Source: Lama glama
Lineage: Eukaryota
Direction: 5' to 3'
DNA length: 64,000 bases
Assembly: GCA_028534125.1 (NCBI GenBank)
Contig: CM052817.1
Location: forward strand, 87,360,001-87,424,000
Each line of letters starts with the position of its first letter. Position 1 is the stretch's first letter. The notes beneath the pieces were generated by a model. It was not told the DNA's origin, did no database searches, and saw only the letters and a program-made list of their open reading frames with translations. Below are positions 1 to 12,387 of this stretch, in pieces. Made by a program: the position numbers and the translations under genes.

Positions 1-109
1 AATGAAAAAGAATATGAAAAGGAATATATATGTATAATTGAATCACTATGCTGTACAGTAGAAACTAACACAACATTGTAAATTAATATATTTCAATTAA
101 AAAATAAAA
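1..109 (+). mobile_element. L1 3' end with A-rich tail (cetartiodactyl-type subfamily), cut by the window start
   Basis: TATATGTATAATTGAATCACTATGCTGTACA...AACATTGTAAAT...TCAATTAAAAAATAAAA matches the artiodactyl L1 terminus as I recall it. A near-identical copy is at 57511-57619. Confidence 0.85.
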
Positions 110-2464
110 GACTCTTCTGGTACCTTTGAAAAAATTATATAATAATTTATTATGAAAAGTATAGTTAAATTATTGTAAATTCTAAATTATTCTAAATCAA
201 CGTTAATGATTATAAATATTTTCTCATTCTTTTTGAAAATACTGCTTATGGAAGAATTGAAAACTTCAGATTTTCATATTATTCTTAGTTGAGTATTATA
301 TGTATTAGTACATAATCTAACATTTTAAGGCAAGTATATGTCAAAACACCAGGCAATAGATTTTATAATAGAATAACAAAGTAAGAGTTTTTTCTTATTA
401 TTATGGGAAACCTGAAAAACAAATGGAATTTATATTAATTTGCACTAAATTGTGCATTACAGAATTGATTTCATCACTTCAGATTTATTTCCTTTGTCTT
501 CAGAAGTCCTGTGCTGTTCAAAGACAGTAATTTACAAGTATAGTACAAAAAATTTAGTGCAAAGCACATAAGCATGAACTTTTCAAATAATTTTCAGAAG
601 TTATGCCTATACACGTCAAATAAAATGTTTAAAAAATACATAAAAATGGAAAAATTGTCCCATTCATTGATTGAATTGCCATAAAATCATCTAATTCCAC
701 TGATTTTTCTATTCTCTTTTAACAGACTACCTATTGGGATTTTCTGTTTGCTGTAGGCTACACCTGATGACCAGGAGCTTTCACAGAGATTACAGCTGAC
801 AAGACTTTGAAGAGTGGCTCTTCAGGGGTCCAGATTGAACTTGTCTCACTTTTACATCTGGCCTAATAGCCTGAAGAAGTCTTTTGATGCCATTGCAGCA
901 GCAATTGCAGCAACAGCATTAGTGGCATTGCCACAGTGGGTAGTAATGCATTGGCCAACCATTACTGGAGAAACAGGAATGAAGAAGCAGCCTAAGGACG
1001 CAAGTGCAAGGGGAGTAGTTATTCAATTTCACTTTGGGGAGCAAAACACTGTAGCCACTCTTTGCTCTAGAAATTTCCATTTGTCAGTTTCAACTGCTTT
1101 TTTCCCCTGGAATTATCTGAAAATTTATTTTTAAAATAAACAATGTAAAATTATATTTGTGTAGCAAGTTTATTACATGTATCCCCATTTAATAGATGTA
1201 AACTCACATTCAGAAAATGGTGATTTAGTGGAAGTAGAAAACTCCATCCTTTTTCCATGCCAAGTTATATTTTGTTTGGATTCTTTTGCTTTTTGGGTTA
1301 CCCAAGCAATGTCAATAATTATACATTGTCAATAAATATACATTCATGTATTTGCTTTAAAATTAAATTGCATACTGATAATTTGGCTAGCCTTAACTTC
1401 CTAAAAATGCTTTAAGTACTATATTCAAACAAAAATTACCCACTTCCTTAAATCTTTACCAGCTTTTGGTATTCATGTGATTCACCTCAAATTCACAACT
1501 TTCATAAGTAAAATTTTTTATGCTTTATTTATAATGCCTTGTTTGAATGCTTAAAATTTGAGATAAAGACAAAGTACAATTTACAAAAGAAAAAGAAACA
1601 TTTGAATATTATGCATTAAGAAAACTTATGGCTTCAAATAAAATCTAAATATTCTAATTACTCTAAACAGAGTCAGGAAGCACCCTGAAACCATCTTCAC
1701 TGTGTTGTAATGTTTTCTGAAGAATTTTATATCCCATGTGCTGTACTGTCATACCTTCTGATATCAATTTAAATGGGATGCAGAAAACAGTTCTTGAATT
1801 TAGTGTCACAAGATACTATTTAGATGATATCTCATAAAACTCCTTATGTCAGAAGGGTGAAGTCAGGTCTTTTTTATTGTGTTTACTAAGGATATTGAAA
1901 TCTATTGTGTAATTTATATTCTTTGCCCAATAGTTTTTAGAACTTTGTTGTACACAATTCAGCAATGTATCACATAATATTTATGAATTGTTTCCTGATT
2001 GCTTTAATGAATGCACAATTTATAACCAGGCACTTAGAAAATAATATCTTTTTTTCTGTATAGGTACCAGTATCAAACATTGAAGAGCCTCTAGCAGACT
2101 TTCAAATACTTGTGTTGCATTGAAATGAATTTAAAAAATAAGTCACAGCTTAAAATGGCAGCCCAGATTATTTATTCAATAAAAGTGATGGACATATTAT
2201 ATTTATATAAAATATTTTAAAATCTCACAAATTGTCAGAATTTCACATGTTGCATATTATATAATATGCCTACCAAAGTCTGGGCAGTTCATATTATTAT
2301 TTCTTAGTAAAACATATGAATGTTCATTGCAAGGGGAGTAATGAAGTCTGTAAGTAGCCTATGTTAGTTTGGGCTGATCCAGAGTTTGCCATAATATTTA
2401 CCGTCAAATGACTTACAAACTTTTGATTTTAAACATTTTTTAAATTTCAGTTTTACAAATACAA

Positions 2465-2750
2465 CTATCAGAACTAAATTGGGCTGTATGAAACAGAAAC
2501 AATCTCGAAATAGCTTAACTAAAAAAACAGAATTTACTATAATAAATAGAAAAGGATTATAGAAACTAAAGAGCTATGTGTCAAAGGGCAGCAAGAAGGG
2601 ACTCTTACTGTGGTGCACTTTCAATATCTTTCTGTTGCAATGCTGAAGAAGAACATTCTTGTGTGTCTTTTCATTAAAAATCCAAGAAGAGACTTAAAAT
2701 TTGCCACATGGAAATAGAGTGCACTCAAAAAAGATGTTCTGGATTTTGAT
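2465..2750 (-). mobile_element. Old MaLR LTR fragment (MLT1J/K-like)
   Basis: GGGCTGTATGAAACAGAAACAATCTCGAAATAGCTTAACTAAAAAAACAGAATTTACT resembles the reverse complement of an MLT1 LTR 3' end; highly diverged. Confidence 0.45.
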
Positions 2751-3544
2751 AATCTAGCAGACCTAAAAATAAACCTCTACTTCTTTTTCACTTACAATTA
2801 TTCTGTTTTTGGGATCAACGTATATATATTTTTAAAAGAAAATATCAGGCGTTGCTAATTTAGAACCAGAATCCATAATCTGGTGAATACTTTCCTGCTT
2901 GTCTTACAGAATTATGAGATTTATTTCTGTGTGACATTTTGTGGCTGACCTGTCAGTAACCTGAAATATTTGGGAAAAATGTGATACAAATAAAACCTAC
3001 CAACAGTAAGCTGTGATATTAACCTGTATGGTCTGGTAGTTCACAATAATTTTTCTTTCTTAATGATCAGTCTTGAAGGAACTAAATTTTACATTTATTG
3101 TGGATGAAAATATGTTCTGAGTGTAAATGATTTACTTGTCAGGGCACAAAGAAATAAGCTCTAGTCTAAACAACTGGTATAAATAATTACTAGTATAATT
3201 ATCAATATAAGACTGTTCCATCATTTTTAGTGTAATAGATTATTTATACCTAGAATTATCTCTATATTAGCTCAGAATGACGAATAGCAAAATAGACTTT
3301 AGAAAGAAACAGTTAATTTATATGTAAGCATGTCAAGTACATGTTTCATAAGAACACTTCACTTTAACAAGAGACATGTTAGAGAGTTAATTAGAATAAA
3401 GACCAGAACTAGCTAATACAGCTCATATTACCTGAAGTCATTGATCTTGGTGATTTTTAAGATGGAAAAACCAGATCACATGCAAAAAGAATTTTTGTTC
3501 AAAATGATATTTAATTCTAAATGAATTCACTTAAATACATTTTA

Positions 3545-3680
3545 TATTATCCTCCAGAATTTTGTAGGAAGAGTCTGAAAGTCAGAGTAATAAATGACTT
3601 GCTCATTGTCGTATAACTGAAAGTTGCAGAGATGACATCTAAACTCAAGCCATCCAGCTACAAGTCATTAATCTTTTCAT
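3545..3680 (-). mobile_element. MIR SINE fragment
   Basis: AAATGACTTGCTCATTGTCGTATAACTGAAAGTTGCAGAG resembles the antisense MIR core AAGTAACTTGCCCAAGGTCACACAGCTAGTAAGTGGCAGAG. Confidence 0.6.
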
Positions 3681-6049
3681 AAAACAACATGAGTCAATAT
3701 TAAACACAAATGCTTATGTTGTCTTTGGAATGAACCCTGGTTAACATTTATTATAATATCATGGAGATTAAACATAAAAAACAGCAGTAAAGTAGTAACT
3801 GATATTCACAGACTTCATCCTCCCCTAAATCCATAACTACAGTGTTCTTTATTCAGAATCAGAAAAAAAAGGAGGTATATTTAATAAAGGGGTATTTGGC
3901 AAAGATATGTGTCAATAGTATTGGTTGCCTACAAAGTATTTTACATAGAATAACAGTTAGTGTTAAGTATAATCTCATGAGATAATTACTGGTTTTTTTT
4001 TTTCCATTTTCCAGCTAAGAAAAATGAATCATGTGGAGTTATTTGCACATGAGAAATGGATGAACCATGGTTCAAAATCTACCTTGCTTGACTACAAAAC
4101 CAGGACTTTTATTAGTATTTACATTGTTAATAACCACTCATTTTATTACATTAACTTAGTAAACACAACATCAATTTTTAATGGTCTGAAAATAATTATA
4201 TATATAAAGAGATTTAGATTATGTCTTCATTCTAGAATTGTAGTTGCTCCCAAGTTTTTTCTAGTGCTTTTATGTAGGTATTAATATGTAAATGTAAATT
4301 ATGGTAAAATATGCTAATAGTGGTTTGATCATGAGATCAGCAGGAAATGAGCATAAGTATGTAGCCACCCATATTCAGATACAAATAAAACAGTATTTCC
4401 AACCCCAGTTTCATTGGCCTCTGTCTCCATGCTGCTTGCCCCACTCTATACAAAATAAGCTACATACGATTTGTTAATCCCTCCTCTAAATTCACATCTA
4501 GGATTTGAAATGTGCTTCAGAAATACTAAATAACTGTCATGTTTTTTCATATTTTAAAGAGCCATTTCTGTCACTTCACATATTACTAGAAAAAAAGTAT
4601 TACATTGCATTGAGATTTTCAGTCTAAGAACTATTTCTGCAGTCAAGTGGCTATTCATTTCAGTTCAACAAAGAGTTGTCTACTGATTCCTGAGTGTAAA
4701 TTAGCACATCAGGATGAATATGTTATTGTTCCTCATAACATTTATTACGGGTAACCCTTAAACTTATGACGTCGGGTCTCTGTTTTAACAATGTCAAGAA
4801 GCACAAAGATATCAATCATTTAGTACTCCAATGTAATGCTCTTTGTAAACTGAACAATGCACAGCTTGACAAAGAAGTTCTTCCGTTACTGTGAAAGTCA
4901 AGAAGTTCAACAACTACTCCTATAGCTAGGTCTGACAAGTACATTGTTCTTTAATGATAGACCTATGCTCTTAATTATTTCAAGTACATGCAGCGCTGAA
5001 GTCTATTGCTAAATAAATACATGTGTATGAATATGAAATTGAATACGAATTCAGCTTGAGTGAATCCCAGATTGTGTTGTACTGCTGCTATCAAAAATTT
5101 GTATGTATTAAAACTTCTCTGGTCTAGCTCACTTAACTGTTTATATTTTATCAATAGATATTCAGCATCTTCACGTAATTGACTTATTGATATGGCTATT
5201 AAAGTATACCTGGAAAGACCTTTTTTTTTAATTCTTGTCATTAACTGGTCTAACTTTAAAATAATCCTGAAATATAGTACTACTGACTTAGTGGAAGGAA
5301 TGGATGAATGACAAAATAATCAATTACTGGTTTTAAAAATGAATGAGAGAATGAGATACAGGGCACCACTGATTTATATTGAACATTCTTCATGAACCTA
5401 TTTCTACATAGCTGTCATTAATATACTAATAAAATTTATGAATGGTGACTTGCAATACTTCTTTCCTTAAAATAATTAAATAACAAATTGTTTATTCATA
5501 TACTAAGTTTACTACACTAAAGGAATATGATAATTGTCCTATAATATTTGGTTGATAATCAGAAAGAATTTCAAGAACTGTTTCAATATAGCATGTTTAT
5601 GTTTCTTTTCAAAATGGCTACAAGCATTTAGGTTTTAACTATAAAAATCTTAGATAATAGTATCAGTTACGAATCCAGTATTTTCAGTACATATGTTGTT
5701 AAATTCATTTTTCCTCAGGAAACTGATTTGCTTTTAGCTCAACTGATTTGCTTAAGGAATACATAAAGGAAAACTGACTATCACCATAAGAGTCTTAATT
5801 TTCTTCAAGCAAATTATCTGATTTTAATAATAATTTTTAGATAATAAAACTTTTTTAAAGATTCAAAATTAAGTATCAATTTGTATTGGCAAAACTGATA
5901 GTTTAAGCTGAAAATATAAAATTTTTGAATATTTTATTGATCAACACACATTACTGAATTCTACTGGGGTTATTATCACTAGACAGGAAGAAATGCTCCC
6001 CGTTAAAGGGAAAAAAACATGGAAAAATTGTTTATTCCAATTGCATATA

Positions 6050-6245
6050 CATAGCCATCCCTACTTTTTACCCATTGCATGACCTTAGACAGCTATCTTC
6101 ACTTTTCTAATCTTCAGTTCCTTCTTCATGTGAAATTGGGCGTAATATTACCCTTACAAAATAAATACTAAAATTTTAAATAATGTGTGTAAAGTACCTA
6201 GCAAAAGCCTGGGACACTGTAGACTCTCATTAAGTTTTAATAACT
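6050..6245 (+). mobile_element. MIR SINE
   Basis: GCATGACCTTAGACAGCT...TCTTCAGTTCCTTCTTCATGTGAAATTGGG...TGTAAAGTACCTAGCAAAAGCCTGG follows the MIR core and tail. Confidence 0.7.
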
Positions 6246-8749
6246 ATGGAAATAAACTAAAAAGTTTCTCTAATTGGCATCATAGGCCTTTTATCACCAA
6301 AAATAATTTGAGCTAATTTTCCACAGTATACCAGTAGATTCATGTTGGCCACTATAAATAAAATGTTCACAGGATGATTTACTACAAGAGACTCATTAAG
6401 CTATCTTTTGAAAACCACATTATGTTGATTTTTGTGGGTAAAAGCTATAGATAACTCATGGGAAATATAAAATAAAGGAAATAAACACTTTAATTCAGCC
6501 ATAAACGTTGAACTGAATCAGGAAGTACCTTTGGTACTATGATGGAGTAACCTCTATGATAATTTTTTAGTTTTGCAAATGCATATGGTTTCATTGCTGG
6601 CCTTACTGGGTAGTAGTTTAATATGCTCTCATACTTAGGCCTGTCTGGCATACAGATGGATTAGATTTCGCCTAGAGCTGGAGGTAGCCTAGTTGTCTGT
6701 CAATCACTGAGAAAAAAGATTGACCCTCATATGGGTAACTGGACCGAAGAAACCGCATCTAGGGCTTATTGAGAGGTCTTAGATTATTGGGCCAACAATA
6801 TAACAATGGGGATTACTGCTCTCACAGTCATCTAATGAAAGCAAAACCAGAACAGTTTGTAGATCAAAAAAATACATGTTACTTTCTTTGTTTCCACTTT
6901 GGTACTCTTTATTTATTTATTTTTTAAATTCTGTTATAGTTTTGTTCGAGAACTCCAACCTTCCCTCAGCTATGCTGAAAGGCAAATAGGAAACAGATAT
7001 CTAGATGTGGGGGCATATATTATAGAAGGAGTGTACCTCGGACCAGCAGGAGAGTGGCAGCAATAATGGAGTAATTTATTTTGTATTTCCCATGAGTCAA
7101 GTTTAATTTCTGTAAGATACAACTAAATCAACATAAAAATTCTTAATTTACTTATAAATGTTAGAAATTTGACTTTTTTATTGTTGTTAAATTACTCCTG
7201 GAATAAAACAATGACCAAAATTCTTCTTGTTAACATAGATTATGTTGATTAAATACAGAAAGTATTGCATATTCCAGGGAGAGATAAACAACAAAAATAT
7301 AATATCCATGCAGAAATTGTGCTAAATCTCTAGACCTCTCTTGGATTGTATGAAATTTTAAGTTTATTACACAGAATTTATAATTTCTTCCAATTATGCC
7401 CAATGCAAGAGCAATAAAACTAAGTAGTTCACAAGTCAAACTAAAGGTCTCTTGATTTCAGGTTCCTAAAAGAATGATTGGAGTTACATAAGAATAAAAA
7501 ATCATTTCATCTATTATGCTTTTCATTGTAAAACATTATTTATTTAAAAATTTTTTTATAAAAGTATTTAAATTTCTAGAAGAAAAACAAACTTTGTAAT
7601 GTAAAAAATATGAAGGGAAAATTATCTATGAAAAATATAGAATTCCCAAATACACAGGCTTATAAACTATGAATTAATGTGAAAACTGTGAGGAATATCC
7701 TAAAATTAAATTTTAATATGTGCTTTTTAAACTTTTTCATAAATGATAATGTAACTTCGCTAAACTTATCATATCACTTAAGAGAAAATAAAATACACCT
7801 TTTTAAAAAATCACTTCCTGTCACTCTTGATGCTCAAATTAATCTGTTTCCTTAACTTATTATTCATATATTTGATAAGAAAAATATTGAAATGAATTAT
7901 ATATGTACCCATCTCATGAATATCTAACTCACACTAGTATAATTAATTCTTAGAAACAAAGACTTAAAGCTACCTAAATTAGGGGGAATTATTTAAAAGA
8001 TATTTGTTGAATTATATTTCTAAAATAACTATCCAATGCTCAGTCCCCTAATCAGTAAATATTTTTTAAACATAATGTGTGAGGAGTGAAAAGTAGATTT
8101 TATGTTTCCTGGCAACTGCTGACCATGAAAATCACTATTGTACTTTTTTTTTTTTTTGACAAAAAAAGTTAAAAATTAGGCAGTGGGCTTGAGAATACTA
8201 AGAATTCAATGTCTGACAATTTATAACCAGCTCAGGTAGAAGTGAGTCATAAGTATATAATAAGTCTTCGTTACCAGTTCTCATAAATCAGAATTTTAGG
8301 ACTGACAAACCATAGATATCATTTAATCTAAGTGTCTTATTGTAAACATCATGCTATGACAACCTGAAAGGTTAAGTAATGTGCCCAAGGGCTCTCCTTT
8401 ACTAGGTGCAATGCTTCATTTCCATTACTGACTTCTTTTGCAATGTCTCCAATGTTATTTTCTATAATAACATATCACCTCAACATCTTAATTATTTTGA
8501 AATTACTTTTAATCAAATTCTTGAAGACAGCTGTTATTTCATCAGGTTAACTTAAAAAATGGTATGTACTCAAAAGGCAATTTAAGATTTATAATAATCC
8601 CTACTATTATATGATAAGCAGGGAAAATTGTAAAAATAAAATTTTAAATAAGAATGTCAGCAGTAAGAAATGTTTGAAAATGTTTGGGAAAAAAATGCCC
8701 CAATGTTCACATTTAACAGCAAAACCTAGGGGCAAGTTTTTATATAGAG

Positions 8750-8995
8750 CACATGGTAGGATGGCATGTCCTTGCTCCTTTTATAATTAAGTATGGTCAT
8801 GTAACTTCTTTGGCCAAAGAAATATGAGTAGTTGTCAATTGTGTCAATTCTGGGCAAAAGTTTTATTTACCAGTGATACCTCAAATGTTTTAGTCTGTCA
8901 TCCTGAATAAAAAATAATCTTAAGTAGTTGAAGAGATTGCAAGTTGGAGATTATTTGATTATGTAATATAACTTTTCTTATCTTGACTAAAGAGT
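8750..8995 (+). mobile_element. Old MaLR LTR fragment (MLT1I/J-like)
   Basis: GGTCATGTAACTTCTTTGGCCAAAGAAATATGAGTAG...TGTGTCAATTCTGGGCAAAAG and terminal TATCTTGACTAA match MLT1 motifs. Confidence 0.6.
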
Positions 8996-9344
8996 ACCTA
9001 TTTGTATAAAAATTTAAATAAACTAACAGATATCTAAGCCCAATTAAGCTTAGTAGGCCTATAACTAAAAATCACTTTTAATATAATTATCACTTATTTA
9101 TAACTCAGTTCCAAAATCATTTACTTCTTTTGAACAATGACTTAATTTCTAGTATTAGAATGATGAATAAAGATATAATACGTATTCTCAAAATATTTAT
9201 ATACTATTCAGCAGGAAAAAAAACAATAAACAACACAACTGTAATAAAAATTAATATGGACAATTATTGGAGCAATCTACAGCTTCCTAAGGAACAAGGT
9301 CACATAAATGCATATTTACTGAGATTAAAAAAAATAGACACTGA

Positions 9345-9783
9345 TTCTTCCAATCAAAGAGCATAGGATATCTTTCCATTTTTTAAAGTCTTCTTTAATT
9401 TCCTTCATCAATGGTTTATAGTTTTCTGTGTATAATTCTTTCACCTCCTTGGTTAGATTTATTCCTAGGTATTTCATTACTTTGGGTGCTATTTTAAAGG
9501 GGATTGTTTCTTTACTTTCTTTTTCTGTTGATTCATTGTTAGTGTAAAGAAATGCAACTGATTTTTGAATGTTAATCTTGTAACCGGCTACCTTGCTGAA
9601 TTCTTTGATCAGCTCTAGTAATTTTTGTGTGGATCTTTTAGGGTTTTCTATATAAAGTAACACGTCGTCAGTATATAGTGACACTTTTACCTCTTCTTTT
9701 CCAATTTGGATCCCTTTTATTTCTCTCTCTCACCTGATTGCTGTGGCTAGGACTTCCAAGACTATGTTGAATAAGACTGGTGA
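9345..9783 (-). mobile_element. Inverted 5' segment of a young L1 (ORF2 reverse transcriptase region)
   Basis: The minus-strand [18 protein letters not shown]...[14 protein letters not shown]...KYLGINLTK...[12 protein letters not shown] is L1 ORF2 RT. The catalytic motif reads YTDD instead of Y/FADD. Confidence 0.95.
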
Positions 9784-10383
9784 CCAGTTCAGGATGACAC
9801 CTGCACCCCAATGTTCATAGCAGCACTATTCACAATAGCCAAGACATGGAGACAGCCTAAGTGTCCATCAACAGATGACTGGATAAAGAAGAGGTGGTAT
9901 ATTTATACAATGGAATACTACTCAGCCATAAAAACCAACAACATAATGCCATTTGCAGCAACATGGATGCTCCCAGAGAATGTCATTCTAAGTGAAGTAA
10001 GCCAGAAAGAGAAAGAAAAATACCATATGAGATCGCTCATATGTGGAATCTAAAAAAAAAAAAAAAAAAAAAACCCACAAACAAAGCATAAATACAAAAC
10101 AGAAATAGACTCATAGACATAGAATACAAACTTGTGGTTGCCAAGGGGGTGGAAAGTGGGAAGGGATAGACTGGGATTTCAAAATTGTAGAATAGATAAA
10201 CAAGATTATTTTGTAAAGCGCAGGGAAATACATACAAGATCTTATGGTAGCCTATGGAGAAAAAAATGTGACAATGAATATATGTATGCTCATGTATAAC
10301 TGAAAAATTGTGCTTTACACTGGAATTTGATAACAACATTGTAAAATTATTGTAAATCAATAAAAAATGTTAAAAAAAAAAAA
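9784..10383 (+). mobile_element. 3' segment of the same L1 (ORF2 C-terminus, 3' UTR, poly-A)
   Basis: MFIAALFTIAKTWRQPKCPSTDDWIKK...SLICGI* is followed by a 3' UTR, AATAAA and an A-tail. The composite is flanked by an imperfect TSD: AAAATAGACACTGA (9331-9344) / AAAAAAGGCACTGA (10378-10391). Confidence 0.95.
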
Positions 10384-10401
10384 GGCACTGAAAAAGCTGT
10401 T

Positions 10402-11360
10402 ACTTCCAGTTTCTGGTCCAGCATTAAGGAATTTCAAAAGTCGACACTCTGTCCCAAAAAACAAACAAAAAACTTAAAAAAAAGAAGGAAAATTAGCAAC
10501 TCTTCCTAGACCTGGCAAAGGATTGAGTTTACAGCACAAATCTCTGCCCACCTGCCCAAACCAGAAGACACACAAGGGGATGCAGAGAATCACAACTTAT
10601 CAGAGCAGAGACACACAAGCAGAAAACCCCATGCAATCAGTACTAGGTTTTTACCCTATACATCATGATTTTACCCTATAGATCATGTCTGGCTTAAAAA
10701 AAAAAGTACAGGCATACTAAAAGATAAAATACACAGTTTTGAAGAAACAGAGCAACAATCAAATCAGAGTCAGATATGGCAGGCTTGTTGGAAATATCAC
10801 ACCAGCAATTTAAAGTAACTATGATAATAAAAAAATAAAATGACTATGATAAATATGCTAAGTTTTCTAGTGGAAAAAGTAGACAACATGCAATAACAGA
10901 TGGGTAATGTAAGCAGAGATGAAAATTTAAAGAAAGAATCAAAATGAAATGCTAGAGATCAAAAAAATTATAAGAGAAATGAAGAATGTCTTTATGGGAT
11001 CATTAGTTGACTGAAGTGGTTAACAGAAGAATCTTTGAGCTTGAGGAAATGTCAAGAGAAACAAAACTGAAAAGCAATAGGAAAATAAAAAGTCTGAAAA
11101 AAAGAATAGAACAGAATATTCAAGAACTGTGGGACAACTGCAAAAGGTATGACATATGGGTAATGGGAATACCAGAAAGAGAAGAAAAAGACACATAAGA
11201 AATATTTGAAGCAATGATGACTGAGAATTTTCCCCAAATTAATGTCATATAGCAAACCACACAACCAGGAACCTCAGAAGGATAAATTTCAAAAAACTAT
11301 ATCTAAGCAAATTATTTTCAAACTATGGAACATCAAAGACAAGTTAAAATATTAAAAAGA
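10402..11360 (+). mobile_element. Old L1 (L1M-type) 5' UTR/ORF1 remnant
   Basis: Starts ACTTCCAGTTTCTGG. Translation EQNIQELWDNCKRYDIWVMGIPEREEK resembles L1 ORF1 (EQSLQEIWDYVKRPNLRLIGVPE), followed by IFEAMMTENFP-like sequence. Confidence 0.8.
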
Positions 11361-12006
11361 TAGGTATTTAACCATATTAAGTATACCAAGCAAGATGTCC
11401 TAGTGGAGAGATGCATATTGGAGTTTTCAAGAGTAACGGAAGATACCAGACTGCAGGAGGTGATGTGGACGATGAACCAGGCATCCTAGAGACTGAGAGC
11501 AGCCTGGGCAGAGCTGTGCTGCCAAGAGAGCATGGTGAGTGTGGCAAGCGTGTGCAAGTTCTGTGCTGGTGATTATTTAGCGGTGAGGATGATGAGGGAA
11601 GAAAAAGTTGGGGGAGAAAGGAAAGGAATACAGGTGTTTCAGACATATTAATATTGGTATGTTAGAAAATGTGAGTTTGGGATAACAAAGACGAGAACAG
11701 GATGAAGTGTCACTGAGAAGCTGTAACAAGCATAGGGCCACGCTCAAATTTGCATGCAAAAAGAACACCTTGATGATAGTAAAGAGGACGATGTGAACAG
11801 AGATGACACTGAAAGCAGGAAGATCTCTTAAGAGGCTATTAGTGCTTTTTGTCAAATTAAGATGGGCATGTGAGTATATGGCATAGAAAGCCAGCGGATT
11901 AATAGTCCAACATACATATAATGCGAGGAGAGGAGATATCTTGCAGAAGTTAAAAAACATGGGTTTTGAAATCAAATAGCTCACACACACACACACATAC
12001 ATAACT

Positions 12007-12387
12007 TGTCAAAAACACAGTAGACTCCAAAGGGAGTCACGTACGCTGCTTATGCCCACAGCATCAAACCAAGACTTAACTATAGTTTCAACTCTCCCAG
12101 AAATGGAATCTTAAACCAGTCAACCAGGAATCATCTGATCAACACTAGTCATGTCATCTGCCTGATCCTGTCATCCCCTAAAGGAAAGTAATCTTGCAAT
12201 AAGATACCCGATTTCTTTTTGTCGATCATAATTTCCTTGTTCCTGTTCCCTTCTGCCTATGAAGTCTTTCATTTTGTACAGCTCCTCGGAGCTCCTTTCT
12301 GTCTGCTAGGTTGGATGTTGCCCTATTCGAATCAATTTTTGATTAAACTCTTAAAATTTTTAACATGCCTCAGTTTATCTTTTAACA
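12007..12387 (+). mobile_element. Solo ERV1-class LTR (MER34-like)
   Basis: TG...CA termini (TGTCAAAAAC...TTTTAACA); TGTACAGCTCCTCGGAGCTCCTTTCT...GCTAG is a MER34-family motif; ATTAAA near the 3' end. No TSD recognisable. Confidence 0.75.

Noticed and set aside
757..1134. 106-aa ORF (814-1134) with an Ala-rich stretch and a nearby acceptor-like TGCTGTAG
   Set aside because: GTG start, no recognisable domain and no matching donor; likely chance or a decayed repeat.
3990..4120. Strong polypyrimidine/CAG acceptor followed by ORF 4024-4284
   Set aside because: The downstream sequence looks like a degenerate antisense MIR; no donor and no protein similarity.
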